Shown piece after piece: positions 9,636 through 19,259 of a DNA stretch of 64,000 nt. The stretch lies in assembly GCA_041178425.1 (NCBI GenBank), contig JBEGVH010000014.1:64001-128000 (forward strand), read 5' to 3'. Below the pieces are notes generated by a model, which was not told the DNA's origin, did not search any database, and saw only the letters and a program-made list of their open reading frames with translations. How positions within the stretch are numbered: the first letter of the stretch is position 1; each line of letters begins with the position of its first letter. Made by a program: the position numbers and the translations under genes. Origin of the DNA: Pseudomonadota bacterium (GTDB lineage: Bacteria; Bdellovibrionota; Bdellovibrionia; Bdellovibrionales; Bdellovibrionaceae).

Positions 9636-10481
9636 ATGAACGGTGTCAACGACGAGTTTTTAGAGCGATATCAGAAAATTTGGGATGAAGACCAAACCTC
9701 CCGCGTCTTTGCCCCTCTGGCTGAAGCCTATCGACGCAGCGGAAACTTGCAGCGAGCGTTACAAATCTGTCGACAGGGCCTCAACTTACATCCTTCGTTC
9801 GCTGGCGGTTGGTATCAAATCGCAAAAATCTTTAAAGATCGCCAGGAGTTCGAGAAAGCAATTGATGCCCTCAAAAAAGCTATCAGTCTGGCTCCTGAAC
9901 ACATTCAGGCTCACAGCTTAATTGCCGATCTTTACCTTTCTGATCGACAACCAAAGGAGGCATTAAAAGCTTTTAAAATGGTTTTGCTGCTGAATCCTGA
10001 AGATGTTAGGGCAAAAAAAACCATTGAGAGATTAGAAAGCCTTACCGCTGATGAATACAGCCCCGAAACCTTTGAGATCGGCCCTACGGCATTGATTGGT
10101 TCACTCCAAGAGACCGAAGACCTCTCTGCCGAAGCCGATTCGCCATTCGAATCTGGAACCGAACATCGAAAAAATAACACCGAATCAAAAGCTTTAAAGC
10201 AAACGGTCACTCTCGTGGATGCCCTTCTGGTGCGAAATGAGTTTACCAAAGCCCAAGACATTGTTCTTAAAGCCATTGAAAGGTTTGGAGAGTCTCCAGA
10301 GCTAGAATCCCGCCTTCAAGTTATAGATCAACAACAAGAAAAATCTTTCGACGATGAGAGTCCTGAGATCATTCAACCAGTACCGCCTCGACCAGAGCGC
10401 ATTCGGCGTTTAAAAATAAATAAACTCGAACACCTTCTTGGTAAATTTAAGCCGCAAGACAATAGTGAACAAGAAATCTAA
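9636..10481 (+). CDS. Tetratricopeptide repeat protein
   Basis: FAPLAEAYRRSG...AL, then three TPR-like units and an acidic linker. Confidence 0.85.
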   Translation: MNGVNDEFLERYQKIWDEDQTSRVFAPLAEAYRRSGNLQRALQICRQGLNLHPSFAGGWYQIAKIFKDRQEFEKAIDALKKAISLAPEHIQAHSLIADLYLSDRQPKEALKAFKMVLLLNPEDVRAKKTIERLESLTADEYSPETFEIGPTALIGSLQETEDLSAEADSPFESGTEHRKNNTESKALKQTVTLVDALLVRNEFTKAQDIVLKAIERFGESPELESRLQVIDQQQEKSFDDESPEIIQPVPPRPERIRRLKINKLEHLLGKFKPQDNSEQEI

Positions 10482-10864
10482 TCAGAAAAATCACCTTTTA
10501 AATTAATAAGAGCCTGAGTGATTGTCTCTTGCCTTTTTACATCAATCTTTTTTAAGGATTCCTTAAATATGTTTGTATTTTCAAAGGGCAAGAGCCATTC
10601 GAAGATGAGAATATCTCCTTGATGCCGCTGATAACAAAGTAATTTTTCAAGGAAAATTTGCATCTCTTTTGGATTGGATGACAACAACTCTGACTCTGCT
10701 TGATTTTGAATGGAGTTTCCGAGTTCCCGCAAGTAGTCTTCACCAGAATCAACGGTTAGATACTCCCGGCATTCAAAAGAAGACTGGGTATCGGCCCAAG
10801 ATGATGCGGACACCATTAAAACAATCACAACCCCAAGGAAAGAGTAACTTCGGTTCTTGTTCAT
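10478..10864 (-). CDS. Small secreted/periplasmic protein (128 aa, two Cys), translationally coupled to the upstream hydrolase-like gene
   Basis: Signal peptide ending SWA-D. ATGA overlap at 10861-10864 with GGAGG SD inside the upstream gene. Confidence 0.65.
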   Translation of the reverse strand: MNKNRSYSFLGVVIVLMVSASSWADTQSSFECREYLTVDSGEDYLRELGNSIQNQAESELLSSNPKEMQIFLEKLLCYQRHQGDILIFEWLLPFENTNIFKESLKKIDVKRQETITQALINLKGDFSD

Positions 10865-12195
10865 CCTGGACCTCCCGGCTTGATATAGATTCCGACCAAT
10901 ACTCTTTTTCCGCTGGTCGTAATTGAATGAGGTGTAAAGAAATCTCGGAGATATCCGTTTTTTGATTTTATTGCGATATCACCGTAACACTTTGAGGAAG
11001 AGACGATACGCCCTCTGCTGGCGCATTTATAAACGAGTACAGCCCCTTCGGGAGCTGAGCTTTCAGTTTTAAAACGCTGAGATACTCCCCACTCACTATC
11101 CATTAAGTTGATAAAACCGCGCTCCTTAAGATGAGGGCCCGCCGTCCCTGCTCCGACAGCCGTATTTAACCAATGTTTTTCGGTGAGATCCCCAGTATCA
11201 TTGCCGCAAAACGAACCCACCAATTCGACATTAGCCCGTCGAAGTGGACTCCTGCGGTAATCTCCACGGCTTCGGTTATAACGAGACAACACACTATAGT
11301 CATTACTAAGAGCCGCTTTCACAAACTTATAACAATCGCGATTTGATTTTCGCAGAAGTGACTTCAGCAATAGAGGATCCACAGATTCAAAATCTTGGAA
11401 ATTTTTAGTTACCTTTCTTACTCGCTCATAGTCTCGAGTCCCCTTAGGAGGAACTAGCGCAAGATACGCCCTTCGGATAGCACCCTTAGCCCGCTGTGAA
11501 TACTGAGCCAAGACCTCTTGCATTCGTCCTTTCACGGGCACCTTCGAACGAGAGGCCTCGTACCCCTGGGCCTCGCACATCGGCTTCGAAACATGGTGGT
11601 AAGTATTGTCTCCGATGTCTTTTATCTCTCGCAAAGGGTCACTGATATTTTGACAATCCAAACACTCAGATCGAGACTCGGTCTCTAACGAGCCATGTCC
11701 GTTCGATTGAGGGTTTTGTCTGACCCCCCTTTTGCGGGGCTTACTCTCTCTTATCGAGCGCCCTCCATTTAATTCTTCGATGGCATCATCATCATCTTGT
11801 TCGACGTCATCACTATCAATCTCGCTATCATCGTCGCCTTCAATGCTATCGTCAGGAATTCTTGAAACGGGAACAACTCTCTTTTTTTGTTCCGCGCTTG
11901 GCAGGAGTGAGAGATCCCATTGAGGTCTGGTGGGAGTTGAAGAAAGACTTTTGATTTTCGAAGTGGGCACAAGCCCCTCTCGGCCGCAACGATTCGAATA
12001 ACCCATCGGAAGGCGCACATGCGTGTAATTATCGAATTCATCCGAAGCAGCTAACGCTTGAAATCGAACGCCCGAGGGAACCATGCAAGCAAGGCGTCCG
12101 TCCATATCATAAAGAGGAACAGACTCTGCTCGAATCGGAAATTCAATCCCAAAAAGGATTACTAGAATAAGTAAAATAAAAAGAGTCCTAATCAT
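10861..12195 (-). CDS. Secreted protein with a C-terminal CHAP/NlpC-P60-like domain (putative peptidoglycan amidase)
   Basis: Signal peptide from ATG 12195, SH3-like N-terminus, acidic linker, ECLDC, then CYKFVKAAL...GF...PEGAVLVY...YGDIAIK...GYLRDF. Confidence 0.6.
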   Translation of the reverse strand: MIRTLFILLILVILFGIEFPIRAESVPLYDMDGRLACMVPSGVRFQALAASDEFDNYTHVRLPMGYSNRCGREGLVPTSKIKSLSSTPTRPQWDLSLLPSAEQKKRVVPVSRIPDDSIEGDDDSEIDSDDVEQDDDDAIEELNGGRSIRESKPRKRGVRQNPQSNGHGSLETESRSECLDCQNISDPLREIKDIGDNTYHHVSKPMCEAQGYEASRSKVPVKGRMQEVLAQYSQRAKGAIRRAYLALVPPKGTRDYERVRKVTKNFQDFESVDPLLLKSLLRKSNRDCYKFVKAALSNDYSVLSRYNRSRGDYRRSPLRRANVELVGSFCGNDTGDLTEKHWLNTAVGAGTAGPHLKERGFINLMDSEWGVSQRFKTESSAPEGAVLVYKCASRGRIVSSSKCYGDIAIKSKNGYLRDFFTPHSITTSGKRVLVGIYIKPGGPG

Positions 12196-12445
12196 CCACT
12201 GATTAACTAAGCAAATCTGGAGCCCAAAACCTAAGAGTGTTTCAAATTGATAAAAGGCTAAAATAAACATTTTATCCAACAATCGATTTGACGGTTGCCT
12301 AACATTTTTACGTTTTCTACCGCTTGAGAACGAGCACAGCGCTTCCACACAGCCAAATACTGGCATCATTCGTGCTTTAAATAGAAAGTGGAGAACCTTT
12401 ATCTCTTTCGATTTGGATAAGGTAAGTAGACCCGGAGGTTTCGAA

Positions 12446-13618
12446 ATGACAAAAAAGACAATCGCCGCCGGCTTGACAGCCATGGCATTATTAACGCCGC
12501 AGGTCTATGCGAAATCTATAAATATTAATCCCCTCATGATGGGATTAAACTCATCTTATTTAGCCTTAGAAGATGCGTCTCTTGCCGATCAAGCTTTCTC
12601 GAAAAAAAGAACACCGGGTCGAATTTTTCTCTATTCCACCTATCATTACAGCAACGAACCCTGGGTTCTGATGACTGAAGATAGGCAGAAGGAAGTATCA
12701 CCTGTGGTTTCGACCCTTAACACCTTAGATCTTGGATTTAGTTGGTTACTTGGCGACAATATGCAACTCGGCATTCAAAGCTTTGGCGCCGTCGTTGGAG
12801 TGGCCCCGCAATTTGGAAGCGACAGCAACCTTCACGCTGGTGATACTCGACTTCAATTCAAATATCGATTCCTCACCGACTCCTACTGGAATATGGCGAT
12901 TGCTCCAGAGCTAACTATTCCTACAGGAGTCGAATATGTGGGACACCGCCTGGGCGCCAGTCTTTCTAATTCAAGTTTTGCCCCAGGTATAAAAATGATT
13001 GGAGAATACAGAACTTCTGAGAATCAATGGACGTTTAACCTTGGCTACTCCTATTACAATCAAGCCGAGTATAAGTCTCCGAATTCGAATTACCCAAAGA
13101 TCGACGGCCGATCTCGGCTTTTTCTAGGAACTGGCTGGCTCTTTAAAATGAACCGGCGCTGGGCCCTCGACACCGAATTTTCAACCCAAACTCCTATGGG
13201 TACCAATCACTTTACCCAACCAGGAGTCTTAACTCTCGGAACTCGATATCAACCAAACAAAACTGTTTCTTGGCAGTTTGGGACAGGAACTGGAACATTC
13301 GGTCCGACGGGTGGCAATAATCCCATTGTTTATTTTGGAGTTAAAGTTCCATTTTTTGGAAACAATAAGAATCAGGGTAATCCTGCTGCTGATGAAGATC
13401 CTCTTGTTCAAGAAGCCTACCGAAAACATCTCGTCGATTACGCCGATGAAAATACAAAAATCGGTGCCAAAGAGCTAGAGCCCTTTATGAATACAAATCC
13501 GATTGATCAAGAGACAGGAAAACCTCTCTACGGAAATTTAGATGAACTCACTAAAAACATTGAGCAAAAGAATTCCAAGCCGAAGAAGTCATCCGTTGAA
13601 GTTGATCGCTTTCAATAA
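12446..13618 (+). CDS. Outer-membrane beta-barrel protein, probable paralogue of 3388-4629
   Basis: GGAGG SD, signal peptide ending VYA-K, GDTRLQFKYRF and PELTIPTG (phenol-degradation/MetA-type barrel motifs), hydrophilic C-terminal tail. Confidence 0.7.
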   Translation: MTKKTIAAGLTAMALLTPQVYAKSININPLMMGLNSSYLALEDASLADQAFSKKRTPGRIFLYSTYHYSNEPWVLMTEDRQKEVSPVVSTLNTLDLGFSWLLGDNMQLGIQSFGAVVGVAPQFGSDSNLHAGDTRLQFKYRFLTDSYWNMAIAPELTIPTGVEYVGHRLGASLSNSSFAPGIKMIGEYRTSENQWTFNLGYSYYNQAEYKSPNSNYPKIDGRSRLFLGTGWLFKMNRRWALDTEFSTQTPMGTNHFTQPGVLTLGTRYQPNKTVSWQFGTGTGTFGPTGGNNPIVYFGVKVPFFGNNKNQGNPAADEDPLVQEAYRKHLVDYADENTKIGAKELEPFMNTNPIDQETGKPLYGNLDELTKNIEQKNSKPKKSSVEVDRFQ

Positions 13619-13648
13619 AAAAAAGAGAGGCAGAACGCCTCTCTTTTT
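13617..13648. terminator. Bidirectional intrinsic terminator
   Basis: A-run, GAGAGGC-AGAAC-GCCTCTC, T-run, located between convergent genes. Confidence 0.9.
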
Positions 13649-13670
13649 CGTTTGAAATTTAACTCATTAT

Positions 13671-14465
13671 TTAAAAATCAGAAACCTGATCCACAAGAGA
13701 GGCATCATCAATAAAGGGATTTCTATTTCCCTGGTTTTCAAAAATAATTTGATGTCGGTTTTCTTCGGCCTGATCAACAGGATCTTCGTGGTGCCATTTT
13801 CTTAAGAACCCTTCTTCATCGCTATCAATATGTATTTTATAACGAGTTGAAAAGTAGAAGAGCGACCTTGCCACATTCCCTCTGTGTTCTGGTGGAGGCT
13901 CGAAACGAAACCCTATCGCGGTGTTTGCAAAACGCGACGTCGCACACTTTATTCGCTCTGTGGGCCCAGAGAGTTCAGCGAACTTATAATTTCCACGAGT
14001 GGAATTCATTTCAGAATCTGTGGGGTAAAGATGATGCAAATCTGATTTTTGCATCTCATTTGGAAACGCACCTGTGAAACGGCTTTGAGGCCAGGTATGC
14101 TCAGTATTTAAAACAGTTCCATCGGGTATTTTCTCCGGACCAAGATTTGCGGATCCACGAAAATCACGGTTTGTAAAATGACGAAGGCAATAAACATCTT
14201 TTACAGCGTACTCACCACTCAGCTGTTCAAGGTGAATTCGGCCAAGAAGGATTTGTCTTGCTCGATGATATCCGAGCACTCTTTGACCTCTAGATGCGGC
14301 CTCGTAGAGATGATCTGGAATCGTTCCAGTTTTTCCATACGAACGATAGTCTGAGCGAGCACCGTAACTTTCGTAATACTCAGATCCCCATATTGGATTT
14401 TCAAAAGCCGCTGAAGAAAAACTAATTCCTGTAACTAGAAAAAAGACTCCCAACAAAGAACGCAC
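13671..14465 (-). CDS. Secreted endonuclease I (EndA-type)
   Basis: NTEHTWPQS, SDLHHLYP, RGNVAR and GNRNPFID motifs; signal peptide; GTG start with GGGGG SD. Confidence 0.95.
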   Translation of the reverse strand: MRSLLGVFFLVTGISFSSAAFENPIWGSEYYESYGARSDYRSYGKTGTIPDHLYEAASRGQRVLGYHRARQILLGRIHLEQLSGEYAVKDVYCLRHFTNRDFRGSANLGPEKIPDGTVLNTEHTWPQSRFTGAFPNEMQKSDLHHLYPTDSEMNSTRGNYKFAELSGPTERIKCATSRFANTAIGFRFEPPPEHRGNVARSLFYFSTRYKIHIDSDEEGFLRKWHHEDPVDQAEENRHQIIFENQGNRNPFIDDASLVDQVSDF

Positions 14466-14762
14466 TCGACAACCCCCCGTTATCCTTAAGTTCTCTTAAC
14501 TCTTTTCTGATCTCGCGCGCAAGCTCTCAAATAAAAATTAACATGTCAAATCTGAATAATATTTTTTTAATTTAGAATAAAGGCGTCAAAAGCTTTCTTT
14601 TAAGGCCTAGACCAACGTCCCGCGAATCCCTTTGCTGGTGCCGGGTTCAGCTCTCTTGCCCTATCAAAACTTTCCGTTTTTCGATCCAAATATCTGATTT
14701 TTTTAAAATTTTAGCCACTTTAGACTACAGATTGAAGGCATTTTTTCCGAAGTGGAATCATT

Positions 14763-15536
14763 ATGTTTGCTAACAACTCCCTTCCTCACCCCTCGATCAA
14801 GCCACTGAATTATTTATTGTGGTCCATTTTGGCTTTTCAAGCGGGAACGATCAACGTAGGGGGATTTTTAGCCTGCCATCGGTTTGTGACCCACGTCACA
14901 GGCTTTGCCACTCACTTTGGAGTGGACGTTGCTTCGGGATCTATAGTGAGTGCCTTATCGATGGCTCTTGTCCCTCTCTTTTTTCTCCTAGGCTCCATGG
15001 CCTCAGCCCTCTTAATTGATAAAAGGAAGTATCTGGGAAAAGAGCCACATTATACCGTCACTTTCACATTTTCTGGAATTAGCTTTTTAACATTAACCAT
15101 CGCCGGGCAACTTGGAACCTTTGGCGCGTTTGCCAACTCGTCTAGCTCTCTTACGAATTTTATGATTTTAGCAATACTTTCTTTTCTGAGCGGTATTCAA
15201 AATGGTATGATTGGTTTTACGTCGGGCCTCCTCGTACGAACCACCCATCTGACGGGAATAACCACCGACTTGGGAGTTGGCCTTATGCGTGTTAGTTACC
15301 CCAACATATCAATACAGCAAAAACAGTTCGAATTTAAAATGAATCTTTTGAGAATTGGAACGATTGCGTCCTTTATTGTTGGATCAACCGTCGGTGGACT
15401 TGTCTTTTTTCGTTTTGAGTATTTGGGATTTCTGATTCCTTCCTTTATCTGTCTCTTCCTTGCTGGTTACAGTTGGAATGTTCTCCGAATCCAACCAGTG
15501 AGCTCACAATCAAGAAAGGTTGGAGTGGCCGAATGA
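14763..15536 (+). CDS. YoaK/DUF1275 family membrane protein
   Basis: FVTHVTG, GIQNG and VRTTHLTGITTDLG motifs; multiple TM helices. Confidence 0.92.
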   Translation: MFANNSLPHPSIKPLNYLLWSILAFQAGTINVGGFLACHRFVTHVTGFATHFGVDVASGSIVSALSMALVPLFFLLGSMASALLIDKRKYLGKEPHYTVTFTFSGISFLTLTIAGQLGTFGAFANSSSSLTNFMILAILSFLSGIQNGMIGFTSGLLVRTTHLTGITTDLGVGLMRVSYPNISIQQKQFEFKMNLLRIGTIASFIVGSTVGGLVFFRFEYLGFLIPSFICLFLAGYSWNVLRIQPVSSQSRKVGVAE

Positions 15537-17179
15537 TTGACTGGCAAGCAATCCAAGATCACTTACTTCAACTTTTAGGAGGAATGTCGCTGTTCCTTCT
15601 CGGTATGACTATGGCAAGCCAATCACTTGAAAAATTGATGGCTCGGAGTATCAGCCATGTTCTCAATAAATTATCTCAAAGCCCTTTGGTCGCTATCTTC
15701 GTTGGAATTTTACTTACGACTCTTCTTCAAAGTTCAGGGGCCGTCACAAGTATGCTTGTTGGGCTGGGTTCTGCGCGCGTCATTACGCTACCTCAAGTCA
15801 TGGGTGTGATCATAGGAACGGCCATTGGATCAACACTCACCGTTCAACTCATTAGTTTTAATCTTAATCAGTACGGACTCCCGGTCTTTAGCTTTGCTTT
15901 TCTTTTTTATTTTTTAAGTAAAAAAACTCATGTTAAGAGCATTGCGCAGGTGTTCATGGGTTTTGGCCTTATTTTCTTTGGGTTAACTATGATGAGTGCA
16001 GCTGCTCATTACTTCGCAGCTCTACCAGAATTGGCAAGCACCTTCGAGAAACTTCGCTCGCACCCCTTGATCTCATTAACCCTATCTATGATTTTTTGCG
16101 GCCTCATTCACTCAAGCGCCGTCACCATAGGACTAGCCATGAGCTTAGCCACCGCTGGAGTTATCTCTGTGAGTGATGCCCTTTTTTGGGTTTATGGCGC
16201 AAACATTGGAACCACTTCAACGGCAATCATGGCGGCGGTAAACAGCAATCATATTGGCAAACAAGTGGCGTGGTCGCACTTCATTTACAAAGTTGTGAGT
16301 GTCGTGCTCTTTTATCCTTTTTCTGAGTACTTTGTTTCCCAAATTATGGCGTACCATGCCTCTGCTTCGCGTTCGATCGCTAATGCACACTTCTTTTTTA
16401 ATGTTATCTCGGCCGGCCTCTTTTACCCCTTTATTAAATGGGGTGCTGTGATGATGGAAAAAATGTTCCCTAAAAATGTAACCGATGAATTTGGAACCGA
16501 GTTTCTAAAATTAAACACTTACAAGTCGTCCTCACTTGCCGTCTCTTATGGTGAAAGAGAAATTATGAGGGTCGCAGATATCGTTCTAAGTATGATTCAA
16601 GACTCAATAAAACTGTTTAACAACTATAGTATCGTGCTCGTTGACGGTATCAGAGAGCGCGACAATAGAGTCGATTTTCTATACCGCGAAATTAAAATGT
16701 TTCTTCTTGAACATGCCAACCATAGTTCAACAGAGGTTAATCAGAGAATTATGGACATGATTATGTTTTTGAGCGATTTGGAACGAAGTGCAGATTCTAT
16801 CGATATTAATCTCATTACCCTTGCCTCAAAAAAATCAGCTCTCAAACTTGAATTTTCGAACGCTGGTTGGGATGAACTAAAAGCGATGCATGAACAGGTC
16901 ATGAGAGTGGCGGCGATGGCTGTGAATGCTTTTCACACCAAAGAGCTCTGTGAGGAAGCCATTCGTTTGAAGCGCGACTTAGCAAAGATTGAGATGAACC
17001 TTCGAGAGAATCATATTTTGCGTTTGAACAAAGGGATGAGGGATTCCATAAATACGAGTTCCATTCACCTTGATGTCTTGAGTGAATATAGGCGAATAGC
17101 GAGCCTCCTTGTTTCACATGCCTACAAAGGAGCTCGAGGAAATGCACCTAATGACATTAATAATCCGAGCGAAAACTAA
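15533..17179 (+). CDS. Na+/Pi cotransporter with C-terminal PhoU-like domains
   Basis: LQSSGA, HSSA and GANIGTT motifs plus a helical C-terminus. ATGA overlap with the yoaK-like gene sets the start at 15533. Confidence 0.93.
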   Translation: MIDWQAIQDHLLQLLGGMSLFLLGMTMASQSLEKLMARSISHVLNKLSQSPLVAIFVGILLTTLLQSSGAVTSMLVGLGSARVITLPQVMGVIIGTAIGSTLTVQLISFNLNQYGLPVFSFAFLFYFLSKKTHVKSIAQVFMGFGLIFFGLTMMSAAAHYFAALPELASTFEKLRSHPLISLTLSMIFCGLIHSSAVTIGLAMSLATAGVISVSDALFWVYGANIGTTSTAIMAAVNSNHIGKQVAWSHFIYKVVSVVLFYPFSEYFVSQIMAYHASASRSIANAHFFFNVISAGLFYPFIKWGAVMMEKMFPKNVTDEFGTEFLKLNTYKSSSLAVSYGEREIMRVADIVLSMIQDSIKLFNNYSIVLVDGIRERDNRVDFLYREIKMFLLEHANHSSTEVNQRIMDMIMFLSDLERSADSIDINLITLASKKSALKLEFSNAGWDELKAMHEQVMRVAAMAVNAFHTKELCEEAIRLKRDLAKIEMNLRENHILRLNKGMRDSINTSSIHLDVLSEYRRIASLLVSHAYKGARGNAPNDINNPSEN

Positions 17180-17202
17180 GACTCACTAAGAACTTCAGAT
17201 CT

Positions 17203-17550
17203 TTACTTTTTAAAAGCCACTAATACTGCCAAAAAAATAAAAAACATCGATAATAAATATCTAAACGAGGGTGTTTCTCCCAGTCCCAACCATGCAAAAA
17301 TCATAAAGACGATGAGCGTGATACTCTCTTGCATGATTTTTAACTGATAAGCAGACAAGTCTCCGTATCCCAAACGATTCGCAGGAACCATGAGAGCATA
17401 CTCTGGTAGGGCCAAAAGCCAACTCACGAGAATAGCAACAACGAGCGACGAACCCTTAAATCTCAAGTGCCCATACCAAGCGACCGTCATAAAGCAATTA
17501 CTGCAAACTAGCAGTCCGAGTGTTTTTATCCAATTGGGAACATCCACCAT
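17203..17550 (-). CDS. DMT family small membrane protein (DMT_6/DUF486)
   Basis: SNCFMTVAWYGHL, EYALMVPANRLG and QLKIMQE motifs. AAGGAGG SD before ATG 17550. Confidence 0.92.
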   Translation of the reverse strand: MVDVPNWIKTLGLLVCSNCFMTVAWYGHLRFKGSSLVVAILVSWLLALPEYALMVPANRLGYGDLSAYQLKIMQESITLIVFMIFAWLGLGETPSFRYLLSMFFIFLAVLVAFKK

Positions 17551-17677
17551 GGCCTCCTTTGATCTCTTCAATTATTGACAGCTTGCCCTAAATTCTACGT
17601 AGAATAAACTAGAAGTTTGTGAGATGAAAAAGCATGTTTATCAATGCAAAATGCTAAATCACAGAGAGGATTCGTTT

Positions 17678-18088
17678 ATGTCTGTTCGCTCAACGGTTGA
17701 ATACAGGGGTGAAAAATCCTGTGAGGTTAAACATGAACCTTCCGATTCATCTTTTCTCACAGATGCCCCTAAAGATAATAATGGACAAGGGCGATGGTTT
17801 TCGCCCACAGATCTTGCCGGCGCCAGCATGGGCAGTTGCATGCTCACCATCATGGCTATGGCTGCAGAAAAAATTGGAATCGAACTCAAGGGCACAAAGG
17901 TCACTGTCGACAAGGAGATGCGAGCTAATCCTCGCCGCATCGCTAAATTGACGGTCAATTTTTATCTTCCAAAAATTGATCCTATTCATCAGACTTCTCT
18001 TGAAAATGCGGCGCTCACCTGCCCAGTGAAACACAGTCTCCACCCCGACATTGAAGTTCCCGTTAATTTTCACTGGGGATCAATTTAA
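17678..18088 (+). CDS. OsmC family protein
   Basis: TDAPKDNNGQG, FSPTDL, SCMLT and CPVKHSL motifs. GAGGA SD. Confidence 0.93.
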   Translation: MSVRSTVEYRGEKSCEVKHEPSDSSFLTDAPKDNNGQGRWFSPTDLAGASMGSCMLTIMAMAAEKIGIELKGTKVTVDKEMRANPRRIAKLTVNFYLPKIDPIHQTSLENAALTCPVKHSLHPDIEVPVNFHWGSI

Positions 18089-18106
18089 TACTTTTATTGT
18101 AATACT

Positions 18107-19120
18107 CTATTTAAGTGAGGCAGCGCAGCTCTTCGCTTCCCGCAGAGGCAACCTGAAGAATTGAGGTGGGATATCAGAAAAGATGACCGACCTCACCCGA
18201 ACTCGATAACTTTGCTGAAAAAAATCTATTTTCCTTAACAGGTTTCGAACTCGGGGTAAGAAAAGGCTGGCTGTTTCTTGGTGAAACCCAAAATGAAATG
18301 AAACTGGCTGCGGTTTTCCATAATTCTTCTCAACCAATTTTTGGAAAATAAGAAATGCCTTTTTTGAATCGATATAATCGGCCAAACCAATATTATTTGG
18401 AAACTCCAAAATTGGTCCTACCGGCGTCTGCAGTTCGTAAGGTTGGTGCTTAAAAGGCGTTTGGTCGGGCCATAGTTTTTTATTTATCTGAAACAATGGC
18501 TGCTCCGAACCCACAACAGAACCAATAATATCTAAAGGAACAGCAGAACTGTCTATTTGGATACCCTCGAGCCGAAGGGCCTCAAGAACTTCGGGCGTTG
18601 CCACCCACCCTCCGGCGCGAAAAGAGTTAATATTTGAAAATCCATGCGACCCCAGTATTTCAAGACTTTTACGAATAATCCGACGCAATTCTTCAACATT
18701 AAACAACGACAGTGGTACATCGTGGCCCCTTTGGCCATTGTAGGGCTGTGAACCCCTTGAACCCCAATAGGTCACGTTATCACGAAAGGGCACACCCGAC
18801 GCAGCCAAAAGGCTTTCGAGAGCATGAACATGAAGTCCAATCTCATCTCCTGGCCTCAGCACAGATTGGATTTTTGCTACCACATCAATAGGATTTACAC
18901 CCTTTTGGGTAAAATACGCGGCATTAAGAAAATGAATTAATTTGATGTGCGGAAACTGATTCCTAAGAAGTTTCATCGCTTGAAGATTTTCATCCTGTAG
19001 AGAAACACCTTCCCAGTCCACAGACATAAAAAGCTTCACATCTAAATACTCTTCTCGCTCAGCGTGGAGAGCTGAAGTAAAAAGAAATATAAAAATAAAA
19101 AACCACTGTTTTAACGTCAT
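18107..19120 (-). CDS. Secreted polysaccharide deacetylase-like protein (CE4/GH57 fold)
   Basis: SVDWEG, EIGLHVH, SFRAGGW, DSS and FHQE motifs; signal peptide. Confidence 0.75.
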   Translation of the reverse strand: MTLKQWFFIFIFLFTSALHAEREEYLDVKLFMSVDWEGVSLQDENLQAMKLLRNQFPHIKLIHFLNAAYFTQKGVNPIDVVAKIQSVLRPGDEIGLHVHALESLLAASGVPFRDNVTYWGSRGSQPYNGQRGHDVPLSLFNVEELRRIIRKSLEILGSHGFSNINSFRAGGWVATPEVLEALRLEGIQIDSSAVPLDIIGSVVGSEQPLFQINKKLWPDQTPFKHQPYELQTPVGPILEFPNNIGLADYIDSKKAFLIFQKLVEKNYGKPQPVSFHFGFHQETASLFLPRVRNLLRKIDFFQQSYRVRVRSVIFSDIPPQFFRLPLREAKSCAASLK

Positions 19121-19259
19121 CTGACCCTTGTTAAAAATGCCAAATTACAAGTTACTACACCCATCGACTAAGCATTGTGGTTCTAAATTAAAAATATTTA
19201 AGACTCCATAAGATAACAAGTCTTGGAAAGTTTTCTTTATCGAAGTGACAATTTGAGGC

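Noticed and set aside
12196..12483. 96-aa N-terminal extension of the 540-aa ORF
   Set aside because: It overlaps the divergent gene and precedes a clear signal peptide at ATG 12195, so it is an ORF-caller over-extension.
13671..14465. Endonuclease I as an anti-phage defence gene
   Set aside because: It has a signal peptide, is stand-alone and has no defence-island context, which fits nutrient or prey DNA degradation better.
14466..14762. tRNA-like GGTTC segment in the endonuclease/yoaK intergenic region
   Set aside because: No cloverleaf, acceptor stem or T-arm pairing can be formed.
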